Below the pieces are notes generated by a model. The model had not been told where the DNA came from, did not search any database, and saw only the letters and a program-made list of their open reading frames with translations. A stretch of 64,000 nt of DNA, taken from NCBI GenBank assembly GCA_046309815.1, contig JBKCOJ010000015.1, positions 43 through 64,042 of the forward strand. Reading direction: 5' to 3'. This DNA is from Pseudomonadota bacterium (GTDB taxonomy: Bacteria; Pseudomonadota; Alphaproteobacteria; Paracaedibacterales; CAITNM01). Below, one piece after another: positions 18,626 to 29,084 of this stretch (the stretch's first letter is position 1; each line of letters starts with the position of its first letter). A program made the position numbers and the translations under genes.

Positions 18626-19261
18626 ATGATCCTTTATTCTTTTCCAAGCTCCCCTTTTGGATGCAAAGTTAAAGCGGTCATTTTAGCCTGTGAAGAAAAA
18701 GATATTACTACCGAACATTTTCATCCCTGGCTTGAAGATCCTTCTTTTCGGGCATTAAATCCTTTAGGCAAAATTCCTGCTCTCAAAATAGATGAAAAAG
18801 AAGCCATTTTTGATTCCCCTGTTATCTGTGAATACATCATGGAAAAAGCAGGAAAAATCACCACTTTAATGCCCAACCGATTGAAATCTTTAAAAGTTCA
18901 AGCATTAGTAGATGGCATGGCAGATGCCGCCGTTTCAATGCGTTATGAACACTTCTTCAGGCCAAAAAAATTACAGTGCGAAGATTGGTATAATAGGCAA
19001 TACAACGCCTTAACAAGTGGCCTGTCTTATCTGGAATTTCATTTTGATGATTACTTAAGTAGTGGTGTATTTTTTGAAAACTTATGCGCTTTTACTTTCC
19101 TTTCATACCTGGATTTACGATTCGTCGACACACCCTTTCATAAAAAAAATAAAAAGCTTTATAGGTGGTACTTAGAATTTATGCAAAGACATCCATTTTT
19201 AGAGCCTTCTCTGGCAAAAGATCATCCCATTCCAGACAACATAACGCGTTTGCAAAAGTGA
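18626..19261 (+). CDS. glutathione S-transferase family protein
   Basis: SSPF, NPLGKIPAL, FDSPVICEY. Confidence 0.9.
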   Translation: MILYSFPSSPFGCKVKAVILACEEKDITTEHFHPWLEDPSFRALNPLGKIPALKIDEKEAIFDSPVICEYIMEKAGKITTLMPNRLKSLKVQALVDGMADAAVSMRYEHFFRPKKLQCEDWYNRQYNALTSGLSYLEFHFDDYLSSGVFFENLCAFTFLSYLDLRFVDTPFHKKNKKLYRWYLEFMQRHPFLEPSLAKDHPIPDNITRLQK

Positions 19262-19989
19262 TTTTTAACATTCCCTTTTTACAAAATATCGTTAATTTCT
19301 TGCTTCCTCCTCAATGCGCTTTATGCCGAGAGACTGTTCAAAAGTCTTACACACTGTGTGCCAGCTGTTGGCTGCAACTTAAATTCATTACCTCCCCAAA
19401 ATGCTTATCTTGCAGTATCCCACTGGAAAATGTGGATCACGATATGACCTGTATAGATTGCCTGAAAACTCCGCCTCTTTTTACCAAAGCATACTCTCCT
19501 CTTGCTTATAACCACGCTATTAAAAAACTTATTTTACAATATAAAAATCACGATGCTCTTCATTTGGGCCCCATGTTTTTGCAGTGGATTCAACATCACA
19601 TACCCGAGAACATCGACATTTTGATTCCTGTGCCTTTACATTGGTGGCGATTTTTTATTCGCCAATACAATCAAGCAGCAGAACTTGGGAAGCTTATTGA
19701 AAAACAAAAAAATATTCCGATGAACACAAGAATTTTAAAGCGAATCCGCGCTACGTCTTCACAAGGCCATAAGAGCAAAATCTTACGTTACCAAAATCTT
19801 GAAAAAGCTTTCACGGTAACTGATAAAAAACACCTCCTGAAGAATGCTAATGTGCTATTGATTGACGATGTGCTTACAAGTGGCGCAACAGCAAATGCTT
19901 GTGCGAAATCTTTAATTGAGGCAGGCGCCAAAAAAGTAGAGGTATTAACTATTGCTAGAGCCACAAAAGGACATGATGGAACAGCTTAA
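19258..19989 (+). CDS. comF: ComF family protein (zinc ribbon + phosphoribosyltransferase)
   Basis: CxxC motifs, PVPLH, YNQA, LLIDDVLTSGAT; GTG overlaps the GST stop codon. Confidence 0.88.
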   Translation: MIFNIPFLQNIVNFLLPPQCALCRETVQKSYTLCASCWLQLKFITSPKCLSCSIPLENVDHDMTCIDCLKTPPLFTKAYSPLAYNHAIKKLILQYKNHDALHLGPMFLQWIQHHIPENIDILIPVPLHWWRFFIRQYNQAAELGKLIEKQKNIPMNTRILKRIRATSSQGHKSKILRYQNLEKAFTVTDKKHLLKNANVLLIDDVLTSGATANACAKSLIEAGAKKVEVLTIARATKGHDGTA

Positions 19990-21250
19990 ATCTTTAAAAA
20001 GACTCTTTGATGTTGGAACAACCGTAACTGGCATAGGTGCTCGTCTTGGCGCCAAAGAATACTTGGGGGTAAACGTTAATGACGAAATATATGCGCAAAA
20101 ATTAAGACATGCTTTTGGAAATTTAAAAGGACCGTTTATGAAGATGGCTCAATTTTTGGCAACGATTCCCGATGCTTTACCGCAAGAATTTGCCAAAGAG
20201 TTTTTAACGTTGCAATCAAACGCCCCTTCAATGGGCGAAGGATTTGTAAGGCGTCGTATGGCAGGAGAATTAGGATCCAATTGGCGTAATTCATTCCAAG
20301 AGTTTTCATTGCAAGCAGCTTATGCCGCTTCCTTAGGACAAGTGCATCAAGCCTTTAATAAAGAAGGTCAAAGACTTGCTGTAAAATTGCAGTACCCAGA
20401 TATGGAAACAGCGATCAGTGCTGATTTAAGGCAAGTGAATATGATTCTGGGAATTTATCACTCATTCAATAAATCCATAAACACTCAAGATATTGTCAAT
20501 GAAATTAGCGATCGACTTTATGAAGAATTAGATTATGTTCAAGAAGCAGAAAATATGGAGTATTTCAGAAGTATTCTTTCCCATAACCTTGATTTCGTAG
20601 AGATTCCTAAAGTATATCCCGAACTTTCCACCCAACGCCTTTTAACGATGCAATGGCTGGAGGGAAATTCTATTCTCAAATATGTAGATCACGAACAATC
20701 ATTGCGCAATGATCTAGGGAAAAAGCTTTTCCTTGCCTGGTATTGGCCCTTGTATAGATTTGGCTTGCTTCACGGAGATCCTCATCCTGGGAATTACTTA
20801 GTACTGAATGATAAAAAGATTGGATTACTTGATTTTGGCTGCATTCGAAAATTTGAAAAAACATTCTTGCAAGCTGTGATAGATCTTTACGTAGCTTTAA
20901 GAGACAATCATCGGGATCTAGCGGTTGACGCATATAAGCGCTGGGGCTTTACCAACATTAACAATGAACTTATTGATGTATTAAATCAGTGGGCAAAACT
21001 TTTATATGATCCGCTTCTGGAAGATAGAGTTCGCCCCATTCAAGATAGCAGAGGAGGCAAAAAAGGTTGGGAGATAGCGAGAAAAGTGCATAAACAATTG
21101 CATGAATTAGGAGGCATTAAACCTCCAAGAGAATTCGTGTTTATGGACCGTGCTGCTGTTGGTATAGGATCAGTTTTAATGCACCTTGGCGCAGAGCAAA
21201 ATTGGCACAAACTTTTTGAAGAAATTATTGCAAAGGACTATGTTAGATAA
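19973..21250 (+). CDS. AarF/ABC1/UbiB family atypical kinase
   Basis: AASLGQVH, AVKLQYP, HGDPHPGN, LLDFG. Confidence 0.92.
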   Translation: MMEQLKSLKRLFDVGTTVTGIGARLGAKEYLGVNVNDEIYAQKLRHAFGNLKGPFMKMAQFLATIPDALPQEFAKEFLTLQSNAPSMGEGFVRRRMAGELGSNWRNSFQEFSLQAAYAASLGQVHQAFNKEGQRLAVKLQYPDMETAISADLRQVNMILGIYHSFNKSINTQDIVNEISDRLYEELDYVQEAENMEYFRSILSHNLDFVEIPKVYPELSTQRLLTMQWLEGNSILKYVDHEQSLRNDLGKKLFLAWYWPLYRFGLLHGDPHPGNYLVLNDKKIGLLDFGCIRKFEKTFLQAVIDLYVALRDNHRDLAVDAYKRWGFTNINNELIDVLNQWAKLLYDPLLEDRVRPIQDSRGGKKGWEIARKVHKQLHELGGIKPPREFVFMDRAAVGIGSVLMHLGAEQNWHKLFEEIIAKDYVR

Positions 21251-21289
21251 AAAGCCTGACAATATTAGATAATGTCAGGCTTTTTATCT
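21245..21289. terminator. bidirectional Rho-independent terminator
   Basis: agataaaaagcctgaca...tgtcaggctttttatct inverted repeat between convergent genes. Confidence 0.85.
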
Positions 21290-21296
21290 TTAGATT

Positions 21297-22133
21297 TTAA
21301 TGATGTGATACAGTAACGTGATGAGCCGCAGATTTGTGATTTATATTCTTAGCTGAGCTAGCATCTTCAAGTAGCATTACGTAAAAGATAATAGCTGTCT
21401 TAAAAATAACAGACATGATAAATAGGGAGTAGTTATTTGATTGGTTAATAATATCAAACTCATTTTTAATAACAGCAGTAAGAATCATACCTATAACAAA
21501 AGCCTGCGTTAAAAGAGTAAAGACGGTGCTTTCCTGTTTGAAAAAGCCAACACCTAACCCTAATCCTATTAAAATTGCAAGCATCACTATGTATCTACCA
21601 ACTTTGGAGTATAGTGTTTTAAAGTGCTTTACCAATGCTATTTCTTCCAAAAATATTTCAAAAAAACCTAACACGCACACTATGAAAATTGCATAAGTAC
21701 TAGAAGCTAAAGCAGGAAAAGCACTTGTTAAAGCGATTAGCATCGCTCCCAATACAGCCATGTGAAAATAAAACACAAAGCTATCTGGTTTTGCCTTCTT
21801 TTTGGTTCTATCAAGAGCTATTTTTTCCAAAGCGTACATTAAGCAAAATGCAGCCAAAAAGGTTATGAAAATTACACACATCAAATGATGTTCTTGTTGT
21901 AAAAATTTTATACCCGTATGAGCAGACACAGGTTTAATTTTTGCGATTACATCGGGAACCATAAAAACAAAAACAGCTGCAATAGCCATACCTCCACCAA
22001 CAGAGGCTATCTTTGACACATCAACCCCGGAGAATTTTCTTATTATGGGCAACACCATAGGGGCAAGAAGCAATATTAAGCTAGCAACTACCGGTGTAAA
22101 GTAATTACAATGGGTTAAGCAATTCATATCCAT
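21297..22133 (-). CDS. multi-pass membrane protein, possibly ZIP-like metal transporter
   Basis: about 8 hydrophobic segments; SVGGGMAIAAVFVFMVPD resembles a ZIP-like TM2. Confidence 0.55.
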   Translation of the reverse strand: MDMNCLTHCNYFTPVVASLILLLAPMVLPIIRKFSGVDVSKIASVGGGMAIAAVFVFMVPDVIAKIKPVSAHTGIKFLQQEHHLMCVIFITFLAAFCLMYALEKIALDRTKKKAKPDSFVFYFHMAVLGAMLIALTSAFPALASSTYAIFIVCVLGFFEIFLEEIALVKHFKTLYSKVGRYIVMLAILIGLGLGVGFFKQESTVFTLLTQAFVIGMILTAVIKNEFDIINQSNNYSLFIMSVIFKTAIIFYVMLLEDASSAKNINHKSAAHHVTVSHH

Positions 22134-22224
22134 GAAAATAAATCATATTGAAGTTTACATATATAGTATTTCATGAAGGAATATATGTAGTAAATATATT
22201 AAATAGCATGTATAAAAACTTAGT

Positions 22225-23145
22225 ATGCAAATAGAGCTATTCCTTGAATCCCAAGTAGCTGATCGTAATGCTTCATTAAATACTCTTGAAGCATATAATC
22301 GCGACTTACATCACTTCATGAAGTGGCTAGCGAAGCCTTTGAATGACGCAACAAAATCAGATATAGAGCAATACATACAATATCTGCGCACAAATGAATT
22401 CAAAGCTAGTACTATCAACAGACGCATATCTGCCTTAAAGCAATTTTATTTGTTTTTATTCAATGAAGAAATAATTACAAGTAATCCCTGCTTGCATATT
22501 AAGACGGCAAAAAGTCCAGCTATCTTACCAAAAGTATTAATTTCAGACGAAATAGCAGAATTTCTAGATTTTTTGAATAATGCTAAAGATCCTGGCCATA
22601 TTAGAGTAAAAGCTATTTTAGAGTTATTGTACGCTTCTGGCCTTAGAATCAGCGAGCTCATAAAATTACCTGTTAATTGTATCGTTAAAGGAAACCAAAC
22701 CCCGCAACCCATGATTTTAGTTAAAGGAAAAGGAAATAAAGAGCGCTTAGTGCCTTTGAATGAAACGTGTATTGATGCCTTGTTAGCTTATCTGAATGTT
22801 CGAGAAATTTTTGTAAGCACTGATAAAAGCTCACTTTTTCTTTTTGCATCAAGAAGCAAAGAGGGTTGCTTAACAAGACAGCGTATCGGTCAGCTTATCA
22901 AAGAAGCTGCTATAGACTTTGGCCTTGATCCTAGCGTTATCTCCCCTCACGTTTTTCGCCATAGTTTTGCCACTCATCTTTTACAAGGAGGGGCCGATTT
23001 ATTAACCATTCAAAAGCTACTTGGCCACAGTGACATAGCAACCACACAAATTTATACGCATGTTATGCCTACTTCGGTTTATAATCTGGTACAAAAGCAC
23101 CATCCCATTACAAAACGTAATAAAAAACTTGAAATCATCAAATAA
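22225..23145 (+). CDS. xerD: tyrosine recombinase XerD
   Basis: NTLEAYNRDL, LYASGLRISEL, KGNKERLVP, SPHVFRHSFATHLL, LLGHSDIATTQIYTHV. Confidence 0.9.
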   Translation: MQIELFLESQVADRNASLNTLEAYNRDLHHFMKWLAKPLNDATKSDIEQYIQYLRTNEFKASTINRRISALKQFYLFLFNEEIITSNPCLHIKTAKSPAILPKVLISDEIAEFLDFLNNAKDPGHIRVKAILELLYASGLRISELIKLPVNCIVKGNQTPQPMILVKGKGNKERLVPLNETCIDALLAYLNVREIFVSTDKSSLFLFASRSKEGCLTRQRIGQLIKEAAIDFGLDPSVISPHVFRHSFATHLLQGGADLLTIQKLLGHSDIATTQIYTHVMPTSVYNLVQKHHPITKRNKKLEIIK

Positions 23146-23182
23146 AATACCTACCTTACCGATAGAAAGTAAGGAAAATTAT

Positions 23183-23656
23183 ATGCAGTTAGTAGATTCT
23201 CTTCACGATAAGTTTGATACCATTATTAATCCAATGGGTTACGGAGTTGTGCGCGTTCAAATAACGGGAACAATTCGAAAAACTCTGCAGGTGATGATCG
23301 AACGATTAGACGAAATGCCTATAAATGTGGATGATTGCGCACAAGTAAGCAGAACGCTTTCGGTACATTTAAATGTGGAAGATCCTATTGCGGGCGCATA
23401 CGTTCTCGAAGTGTCTTCTCCTGGCCTTGATAGGCCCATTACAAGACAAAAAGATTATAAACGTTTCCTTGGTTCAGAAATTATGATAAAAACAATATTG
23501 CCTGTTGAAAATCGTAAGAATTTCCAAGGGTTTTTAGAAACAGCCTCAGAAGAGTGCGTTTCTTTACACCTAAAGCACCCTCTAGATAGTGGATCAGATC
23601 GTATCGACATTCGCTATGGCGATATTCGCCAGGCAAATTTAGTGAGTTCTATTTAA
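23183..23656 (+). CDS. rimP: ribosome maturation factor RimP
   Basis: VDDCAQVSR, YVLEVSSPGLDRP; upstream of nusA; SD aagga. Confidence 0.95.
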   Translation: MQLVDSLHDKFDTIINPMGYGVVRVQITGTIRKTLQVMIERLDEMPINVDDCAQVSRTLSVHLNVEDPIAGAYVLEVSSPGLDRPITRQKDYKRFLGSEIMIKTILPVENRKNFQGFLETASEECVSLHLKHPLDSGSDRIDIRYGDIRQANLVSSI

Positions 23657-23683
23657 TTAAAGAAAGATTAACGTAGGGATACC

Positions 23684-25207
23684 ATGGCAAGTAGAAAATT
23701 AAAGCCTGTGGAAGATACAGTTCAACACCCAAGGCATGAATTAATACAAGTAGCTGACGTAGTTGCTCGTGAAAAAGGTATTGATCGAGAAGAAGTCATT
23801 GTAGCTATGGAACTTGCAATGCAACGAACTGCAAAGCAAAAATATGGAATGGACCATGATATTCGCGCCATCATTGATCGTGAAACAGGTCATGTACAAA
23901 TTATTCGCTGTTTAGAAGTTGCAGAAGAAATTGAAGACCCTATTAATCAAGTCACTATTGAAACGGCAAAATTAGATTATCCTGATGCTAAAATCGGTGA
24001 TGTACTTGAAGAAGAGCTTCCTCCTCTCGAGTTTGGAAGAATTGCCGCTCAAAGTGCTCGCCAGATTATATTTCAAAAAGTTCGCGATGCCGAAAGATCA
24101 CGTCAATATGAAGAGTTTAAGAATCGACTTGGCGATGTAGTAAATGCTCTAGTTAAACGAGTTGAATTTGGGAATGTTGTTGTTGATTTAGGCAAGGCCG
24201 AAGGTATCTTAAAGAAAGATGATTTAATACCAAGAGAATCTTATCGCGTTGGCGATCGAGTGCGAGCAATCATTCATGATTTAAAGCCAGATTCTCGCGG
24301 TCCAATGGTCATTTTATCCAGAACTCACCCTAAATTCATGGCTAAGCTTTTTGAGCAAGAAGTTCCTGAAATTTACGATAATGTTATTGAGATCAAATCT
24401 GTTGCTCGTGATCCGGGTAGTCGTGCAAAAATGGCTGTATACACTACAGATCCTAATCTTGACCCTATTGGATCATGTGTTGGTATGCGTGGTAGCCGAG
24501 TACAAGTTATTGTGAATGAGCTACAAGGAGAAAAAGTAGATATCATCAACTGGACAAATGACCCTGCAACATTCGTTGTCAATGCTTTGGCACCAGCAGA
24601 AATTTCAAGAGTTGTTATTGATGAAGATCAACATCGTATAGATGTTGTTGTCGCCGAAGAACAATTAAGCCTAGCTATTGGCAGACGAGGTCAAAATGTC
24701 CGTCTCGCTTCTCAATTGACCGGTTGGAAAATTGATATCATCACCGAAAATGATGATATTAGTCGCCGAGCACAAGAAAACGAGAGCAAAATGAACTTAT
24801 TTATTGAAGCTCTTGATATTGATGAGATGTTTGCTCAATTGTTAATTTCTGAAGGGTTTGAAACTATTGAAGAAATCGCCACTATCGATATCGATGAATT
24901 TTTACGCATTGATGGAATTGATGAGGACACAGCAAACGAGCTACAAGCTCGAGGCAAAACATATCTTGAAAATTTCAGCAAGAGAATGCTGGAGAAATGT
25001 AAAGAGCTAGGCGTCGAAAAAGATATGTATGATCTTGGGTTGACCCCTCAAATGCTTGTAAAGCTTGCGGAAAAAAGTATAAAAAACCGCGAAGAACTTG
25101 CAGAGCTCGCAGGTGATGAGCTACAAGAGACGATAGGTGCTGGAATAATTGATATTGATGCAGCAAATGCTGTTATTATGAAGGCGCGTGAGCACTGGTT
25201 TAACTAA
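23684..25207 (+). CDS. nusA: transcription termination factor NusA
   Basis: FGRIAAQ, ARDPGSRAK, SLAIGRRGQNVRLA. Confidence 0.98.
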   Translation: MASRKLKPVEDTVQHPRHELIQVADVVAREKGIDREEVIVAMELAMQRTAKQKYGMDHDIRAIIDRETGHVQIIRCLEVAEEIEDPINQVTIETAKLDYPDAKIGDVLEEELPPLEFGRIAAQSARQIIFQKVRDAERSRQYEEFKNRLGDVVNALVKRVEFGNVVVDLGKAEGILKKDDLIPRESYRVGDRVRAIIHDLKPDSRGPMVILSRTHPKFMAKLFEQEVPEIYDNVIEIKSVARDPGSRAKMAVYTTDPNLDPIGSCVGMRGSRVQVIVNELQGEKVDIINWTNDPATFVVNALAPAEISRVVIDEDQHRIDVVVAEEQLSLAIGRRGQNVRLASQLTGWKIDIITENDDISRRAQENESKMNLFIEALDIDEMFAQLLISEGFETIEEIATIDIDEFLRIDGIDEDTANELQARGKTYLENFSKRMLEKCKELGVEKDMYDLGLTPQMLVKLAEKSIKNREELAELAGDELQETIGAGIIDIDAANAVIMKAREHWFN

Positions 25208-25220
25208 AGAATAGGATTTT

Positions 25221-27758
25221 ATGTCACAGGAGTCGCAAAAGAGCCAAGAAGCAGAAAGTGCAGAAGCTCAAGCAACAGATCAACATAGCGAGCCAGTTAA
25301 GAAGAAGACTCTTACTCTTGGAAAGCGACTAGATATTAAGCGCCCGTCAGAAGCTCAGGTGCAGCAGAGTTTTACACACGGACGAACTAAAACTGTAGAC
25401 GTTGAAGTCAAAAGAAAGAAGATTAATCCTCAAGCTGAAAAAGCATCGGACCAAGTTGTTTCTGATCCCCAAATGCCAGAAACTTTACGCGGACTAACTC
25501 ATGGTGAGCTTGATGCTCGACTAAAAGCTGTTAAATCGGCCTTAGAGGAGCAGGCTAAGCAAGGTGAAAAACGCTCACGAAAGAGAGATAATGACACTCC
25601 TGTTGAGTCAGAGGTTCTAGAACAAACACGAATTGAGCTTGTAAGCGTTGAGACACCAGCTCCTGTCCTACCAGCCACTCCTGGAGAGCTTGTAAAATCT
25701 TCACCTCATCGTCATGAACCAAAGCATCCGCACAAAATTAAGGATGATTTTGTTGACGATGAAGACGCAGCAGCAAGCAAAAGAAAGTCTGTTGTATATC
25801 GCGCTGAAGTTGTAAAAAAAGTACCATCCCCCGTAAAAAAGACTATGGTTGAGGGGCCCAAAAGGCTTGATAGAAATACCCAAGCTAGACTTTTAGATGA
25901 CGACACCGAACAACGCTCACGTTCTGTTGCTTCTTTGAGACGCCTAAACCAAAAGAAAATTCGCCAACAACATGCTACCGATCAACAGGAAGCGCAAAAG
26001 ATTGTACGAGAAGTCATTATTCCCGAAATAATTACTGTAGGAGAACTTGCCAACCGTATGGCGGTTCGCTCTGGCGATGTTGTAAAATCTCTCATGAAAT
26101 TAGGTATGTTGGTAACCATCAACCAAATTATTGATGCAGATACGGCTGAGTTAATTTGTACAGAATTTGGTCATACACCAAAGAGAGTTTCTGATTCAGA
26201 TATTGAAATTGGATTAAAAGGACCAGATGATGTGTCTAGCGATTTAAGCCCTCGCGCTCCTATTGTGACGGTAATGGGTCACGTAGACCACGGAAAAACT
26301 TCTCTTCTCGATGCATTACGTAAAACTGATATTGTCTCTGGAGAAGCCGGAGGCATTACCCAGCATATAGGTGCCTATCAAGTAACAATGGCGTCAGGCA
26401 AGAAAATCACTTTTATTGATACGCCAGGCCATGCTGCCTTCAGCGAAATGCGTGCTCGAGGCGCTAACGTAACCGATATCGTCGTGCTTGTTGTAGCAGC
26501 AGATGACGGCATTATGGAGCAAACTATTGAGGCAATAAGCCATGCAAAAGCTGCAAAAGTTCCTATTGTTGTCGCTATTAATAAAATGGATAAGCCAGAA
26601 GCAAATCCAAGTCGCGTACGCAATGAATTACTTAACCATGACATTATTTTGGAAGAATTCGGTGGAGATGTTCTAAGTGTTGAAGTTTCCGCAAAGCAAT
26701 CTTTAAATCTTGAAAAACTAGAAGAAAGTATTCTTTTGCAAGCCGAAGTCTTGGAACCAAAAGCAAACCCTAACCGTAAAGCTTACGGGGCTGTTGTTGA
26801 AGCTAAGGTTGATCGTGGTCGGGGTACGGTAGTAACCCTTTTGATTCAAAATGGCACATTGCAAGTTGGTGATATCGTTGTTGCTGGCTCAGAATGGGGT
26901 AAAGTACGCGCAATGGTAAATGACCATGGAAAACATATTAAATCAGCTGGCCCTTCTGTTCCGGTAGAAGTACTTGGATTTAATGGTGTGCCAACCGCAG
27001 GTCAAGAATTTTTAGTAGTCGAAACCGAAGCACATGCTCGTGAAATTGCAGAATCTCGCGCACATCGTAGAAGAGATCAAATAGCACAAGCTCGCGTGAA
27101 AACGTCGATGGAGTCTATTATGAATCAAATTGCAGCGGGAGATATAAAAGAATTTCCTATTGTCATTAAAGCCGATGTGCATGGTTCATTAGAAGCAATC
27201 ACTTCTAGCTTGCAAAAATTAAGCGGTGAGGAAGTTGCACCGCGAATCCTACATGGTGGCGTTGGCGGAATCAATGAAAGTGATGTTACTTTAGCGCGTG
27301 CATCTGGAGGAATCATCGTAGGATTTAACGTGCGTGCCAATCCTCAAGCAAGAGATCTTGCAAAGCGTGATGGTGTTGATATTCGGTACTATTCCATTAT
27401 TTATGATGTCATTGATGACGTAAGAACCATGCTAAGCGGGCTTCTCGCACCTACTCTTCGCGAGAAATATCTTGGAAATGCCGAAATACGAGATGTGTTT
27501 AACATAACCGGCGTTGGAAAAGTTGCAGGATGCTATGTCACAGAAGGTGTTGTAAAACGTGGAGCAAAAGTACGATTATTACGTGACAATGTGGTTATTC
27601 ATGAAGGCACCTTAAAAACTCTTAAACGCTTTAAGGATGAAGTCAAAGAAGTTAAAGATTCATTTGAATGCGGTATGGCCTTTGAAAATTACAATGACAT
27701 TCGCAATGGAGACATTATTGAGTGCTTTGAAATCGAATCAATTGCTCGCCAATTATAA
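25221..27758 (+). CDS. infB: translation initiation factor IF-2
   Basis: [31 protein letters not shown]. Confidence 0.99.
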   Translation: MSQESQKSQEAESAEAQATDQHSEPVKKKTLTLGKRLDIKRPSEAQVQQSFTHGRTKTVDVEVKRKKINPQAEKASDQVVSDPQMPETLRGLTHGELDARLKAVKSALEEQAKQGEKRSRKRDNDTPVESEVLEQTRIELVSVETPAPVLPATPGELVKSSPHRHEPKHPHKIKDDFVDDEDAAASKRKSVVYRAEVVKKVPSPVKKTMVEGPKRLDRNTQARLLDDDTEQRSRSVASLRRLNQKKIRQQHATDQQEAQKIVREVIIPEIITVGELANRMAVRSGDVVKSLMKLGMLVTINQIIDADTAELICTEFGHTPKRVSDSDIEIGLKGPDDVSSDLSPRAPIVTVMGHVDHGKTSLLDALRKTDIVSGEAGGITQHIGAYQVTMASGKKITFIDTPGHAAFSEMRARGANVTDIVVLVVAADDGIMEQTIEAISHAKAAKVPIVVAINKMDKPEANPSRVRNELLNHDIILEEFGGDVLSVEVSAKQSLNLEKLEESILLQAEVLEPKANPNRKAYGAVVEAKVDRGRGTVVTLLIQNGTLQVGDIVVAGSEWGKVRAMVNDHGKHIKSAGPSVPVEVLGFNGVPTAGQEFLVVETEAHAREIAESRAHRRRDQIAQARVKTSMESIMNQIAAGDIKEFPIVIKADVHGSLEAITSSLQKLSGEEVAPRILHGGVGGINESDVTLARASGGIIVGFNVRANPQARDLAKRDGVDIRYYSIIYDVIDDVRTMLSGLLAPTLREKYLGNAEIRDVFNITGVGKVAGCYVTEGVVKRGAKVRLLRDNVVIHEGTLKTLKRFKDEVKEVKDSFECGMAFENYNDIRNGDIIECFEIESIARQL

Positions 27759-27759
27759 G

Positions 27760-28299
27760 CTATCGTCTAACTTTCTGTGCTTTGCGGATTAACATATCAC
27801 GTTTAAGTGCAGAAAGATAATCGATGAATAACTTCCCATCTAAATGATCTATCTCATGCTGAACGCAGGCTGCCTGTAAGTTCAAAAATGTGGTTTCGCA
27901 AAATTTTCCTGCTTTATTTAAATAACGGACACGTACTGAATCAGGGCGAATAACTGGAGCATACTGTCCAGGCACAGACAAACAACCTTCGTTGCATGCC
28001 ACTAACGTATCACTTGCCCACACAATTTCAGGATTTATTATATGATAAAGGTCTGGATTGGAATTCATGCCTTCTATTTGTTCCCCATTGACTGTTACAT
28101 TGGCAGGAACATTCATAACCAGTATTCTTTTTGGAATTCCGACTTGAGTAGCAGCAAGACCTATTCCATCTTCTGCAATCATTGTTTCTTCCAGGTCTTC
28201 TAGTAATCTTTGTATCTGACTATCTACTTCCTGCACAGGAAGAGCTTTCTTACGAAGCAATGGATTCGGAGCTACTAAAATTGGTAAGACGGTCATCAT
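27760..28299 (-). CDS. def: peptide deformylase
   Basis: GIGLAATQ, EGCLS, QHEIDHLDG. Confidence 0.97.
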   Translation of the reverse strand: MMTVLPILVAPNPLLRKKALPVQEVDSQIQRLLEDLEETMIAEDGIGLAATQVGIPKRILVMNVPANVTVNGEQIEGMNSNPDLYHIINPEIVWASDTLVACNEGCLSVPGQYAPVIRPDSVRVRYLNKAGKFCETTFLNLQAACVQHEIDHLDGKLFIDYLSALKRDMLIRKAQKVRR

Positions 28300-28373
28300 T
28301 TCTTTATTTGCTGTTCTCTCAATACAGTATATAGTGCAATTATGAGTAAATTTTAAGGCCTAATGAATTTTTT

Positions 28374-29084
28374 ATGTCAAATAATTTCGATCAGTTCATA
28401 CAAGAAGTGGAAAGTGACCTTCGCCAAGAAAAGTTTGAACAACTTTGGAAAAAGTATGGAAAATCAGTTTCAGTGGGATTTGGCGTTATTGTTGCATTGT
28501 CTTTAAGTTTTAATCTTTGGCAACATTACCAAGCTAAACAACGGGATATTATTTCTCAACAGTTTGTAAACGCACAAACTCTTATGTTTAGTAAAAATGT
28601 GAGTGATGCTCTGTCTGCAATGGAAGGCATTTCAAAGAGTTCTCATCGTACATACTCGACGCTCGCAAAGCTTAATGTCGCTTCGATTCTCCGCATGGAA
28701 ACTGGCCATAAAGATTTAAGCAAAGCAGAGACTATCTATAAAGAATTAATGGAAAACTCTAGCGTAGAACACATGTTTCGTGAGTTAGCCACTGTTCAGT
28801 ATGTTAGTTTATGCTTAGATAAAAGTACTAGCTCTGAAGAACTTCAGTCTTTACTTAAGTTACTTGATGTATGCACTAAAGAAGCAGCACCTTATCGTCA
28901 TTTAGCGCTCGAGTTAAAAGGTATGATTGAGCTGAAACAAAAGAATTATGAAAAAGCTTCGGAAATTTTTGTTGCGATAGCACAGGACGAAAAATCACCT
29001 AAAGATTTACGCTTAAGAGCGCAGATAATAGCTCAAAACCTTGCAAGTCAATTGATTGATCAAGCCTCAAAGGATCATCAATGA
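28374..29084 (+). CDS. YfgM-like TPR membrane-anchored protein
   Basis: FIQEVESDLRQE...LWKKYG then a single TM; context upstream of BamB-like gene and der. Confidence 0.8.
   Translation: MSNNFDQFIQEVESDLRQEKFEQLWKKYGKSVSVGFGVIVALSLSFNLWQHYQAKQRDIISQQFVNAQTLMFSKNVSDALSAMEGISKSSHRTYSTLAKLNVASILRMETGHKDLSKAETIYKELMENSSVEHMFRELATVQYVSLCLDKSTSSEELQSLLKLLDVCTKEAAPYRHLALELKGMIELKQKNYEKASEIFVAIAQDEKSPKDLRLRAQIIAQNLASQLIDQASKDHQ

Noticed and set aside
22225-23145. Tyrosine recombinase as a prophage or island integrase
   Set aside because: XerD-like sequence in housekeeping context, with no att repeats or mobile genes nearby.
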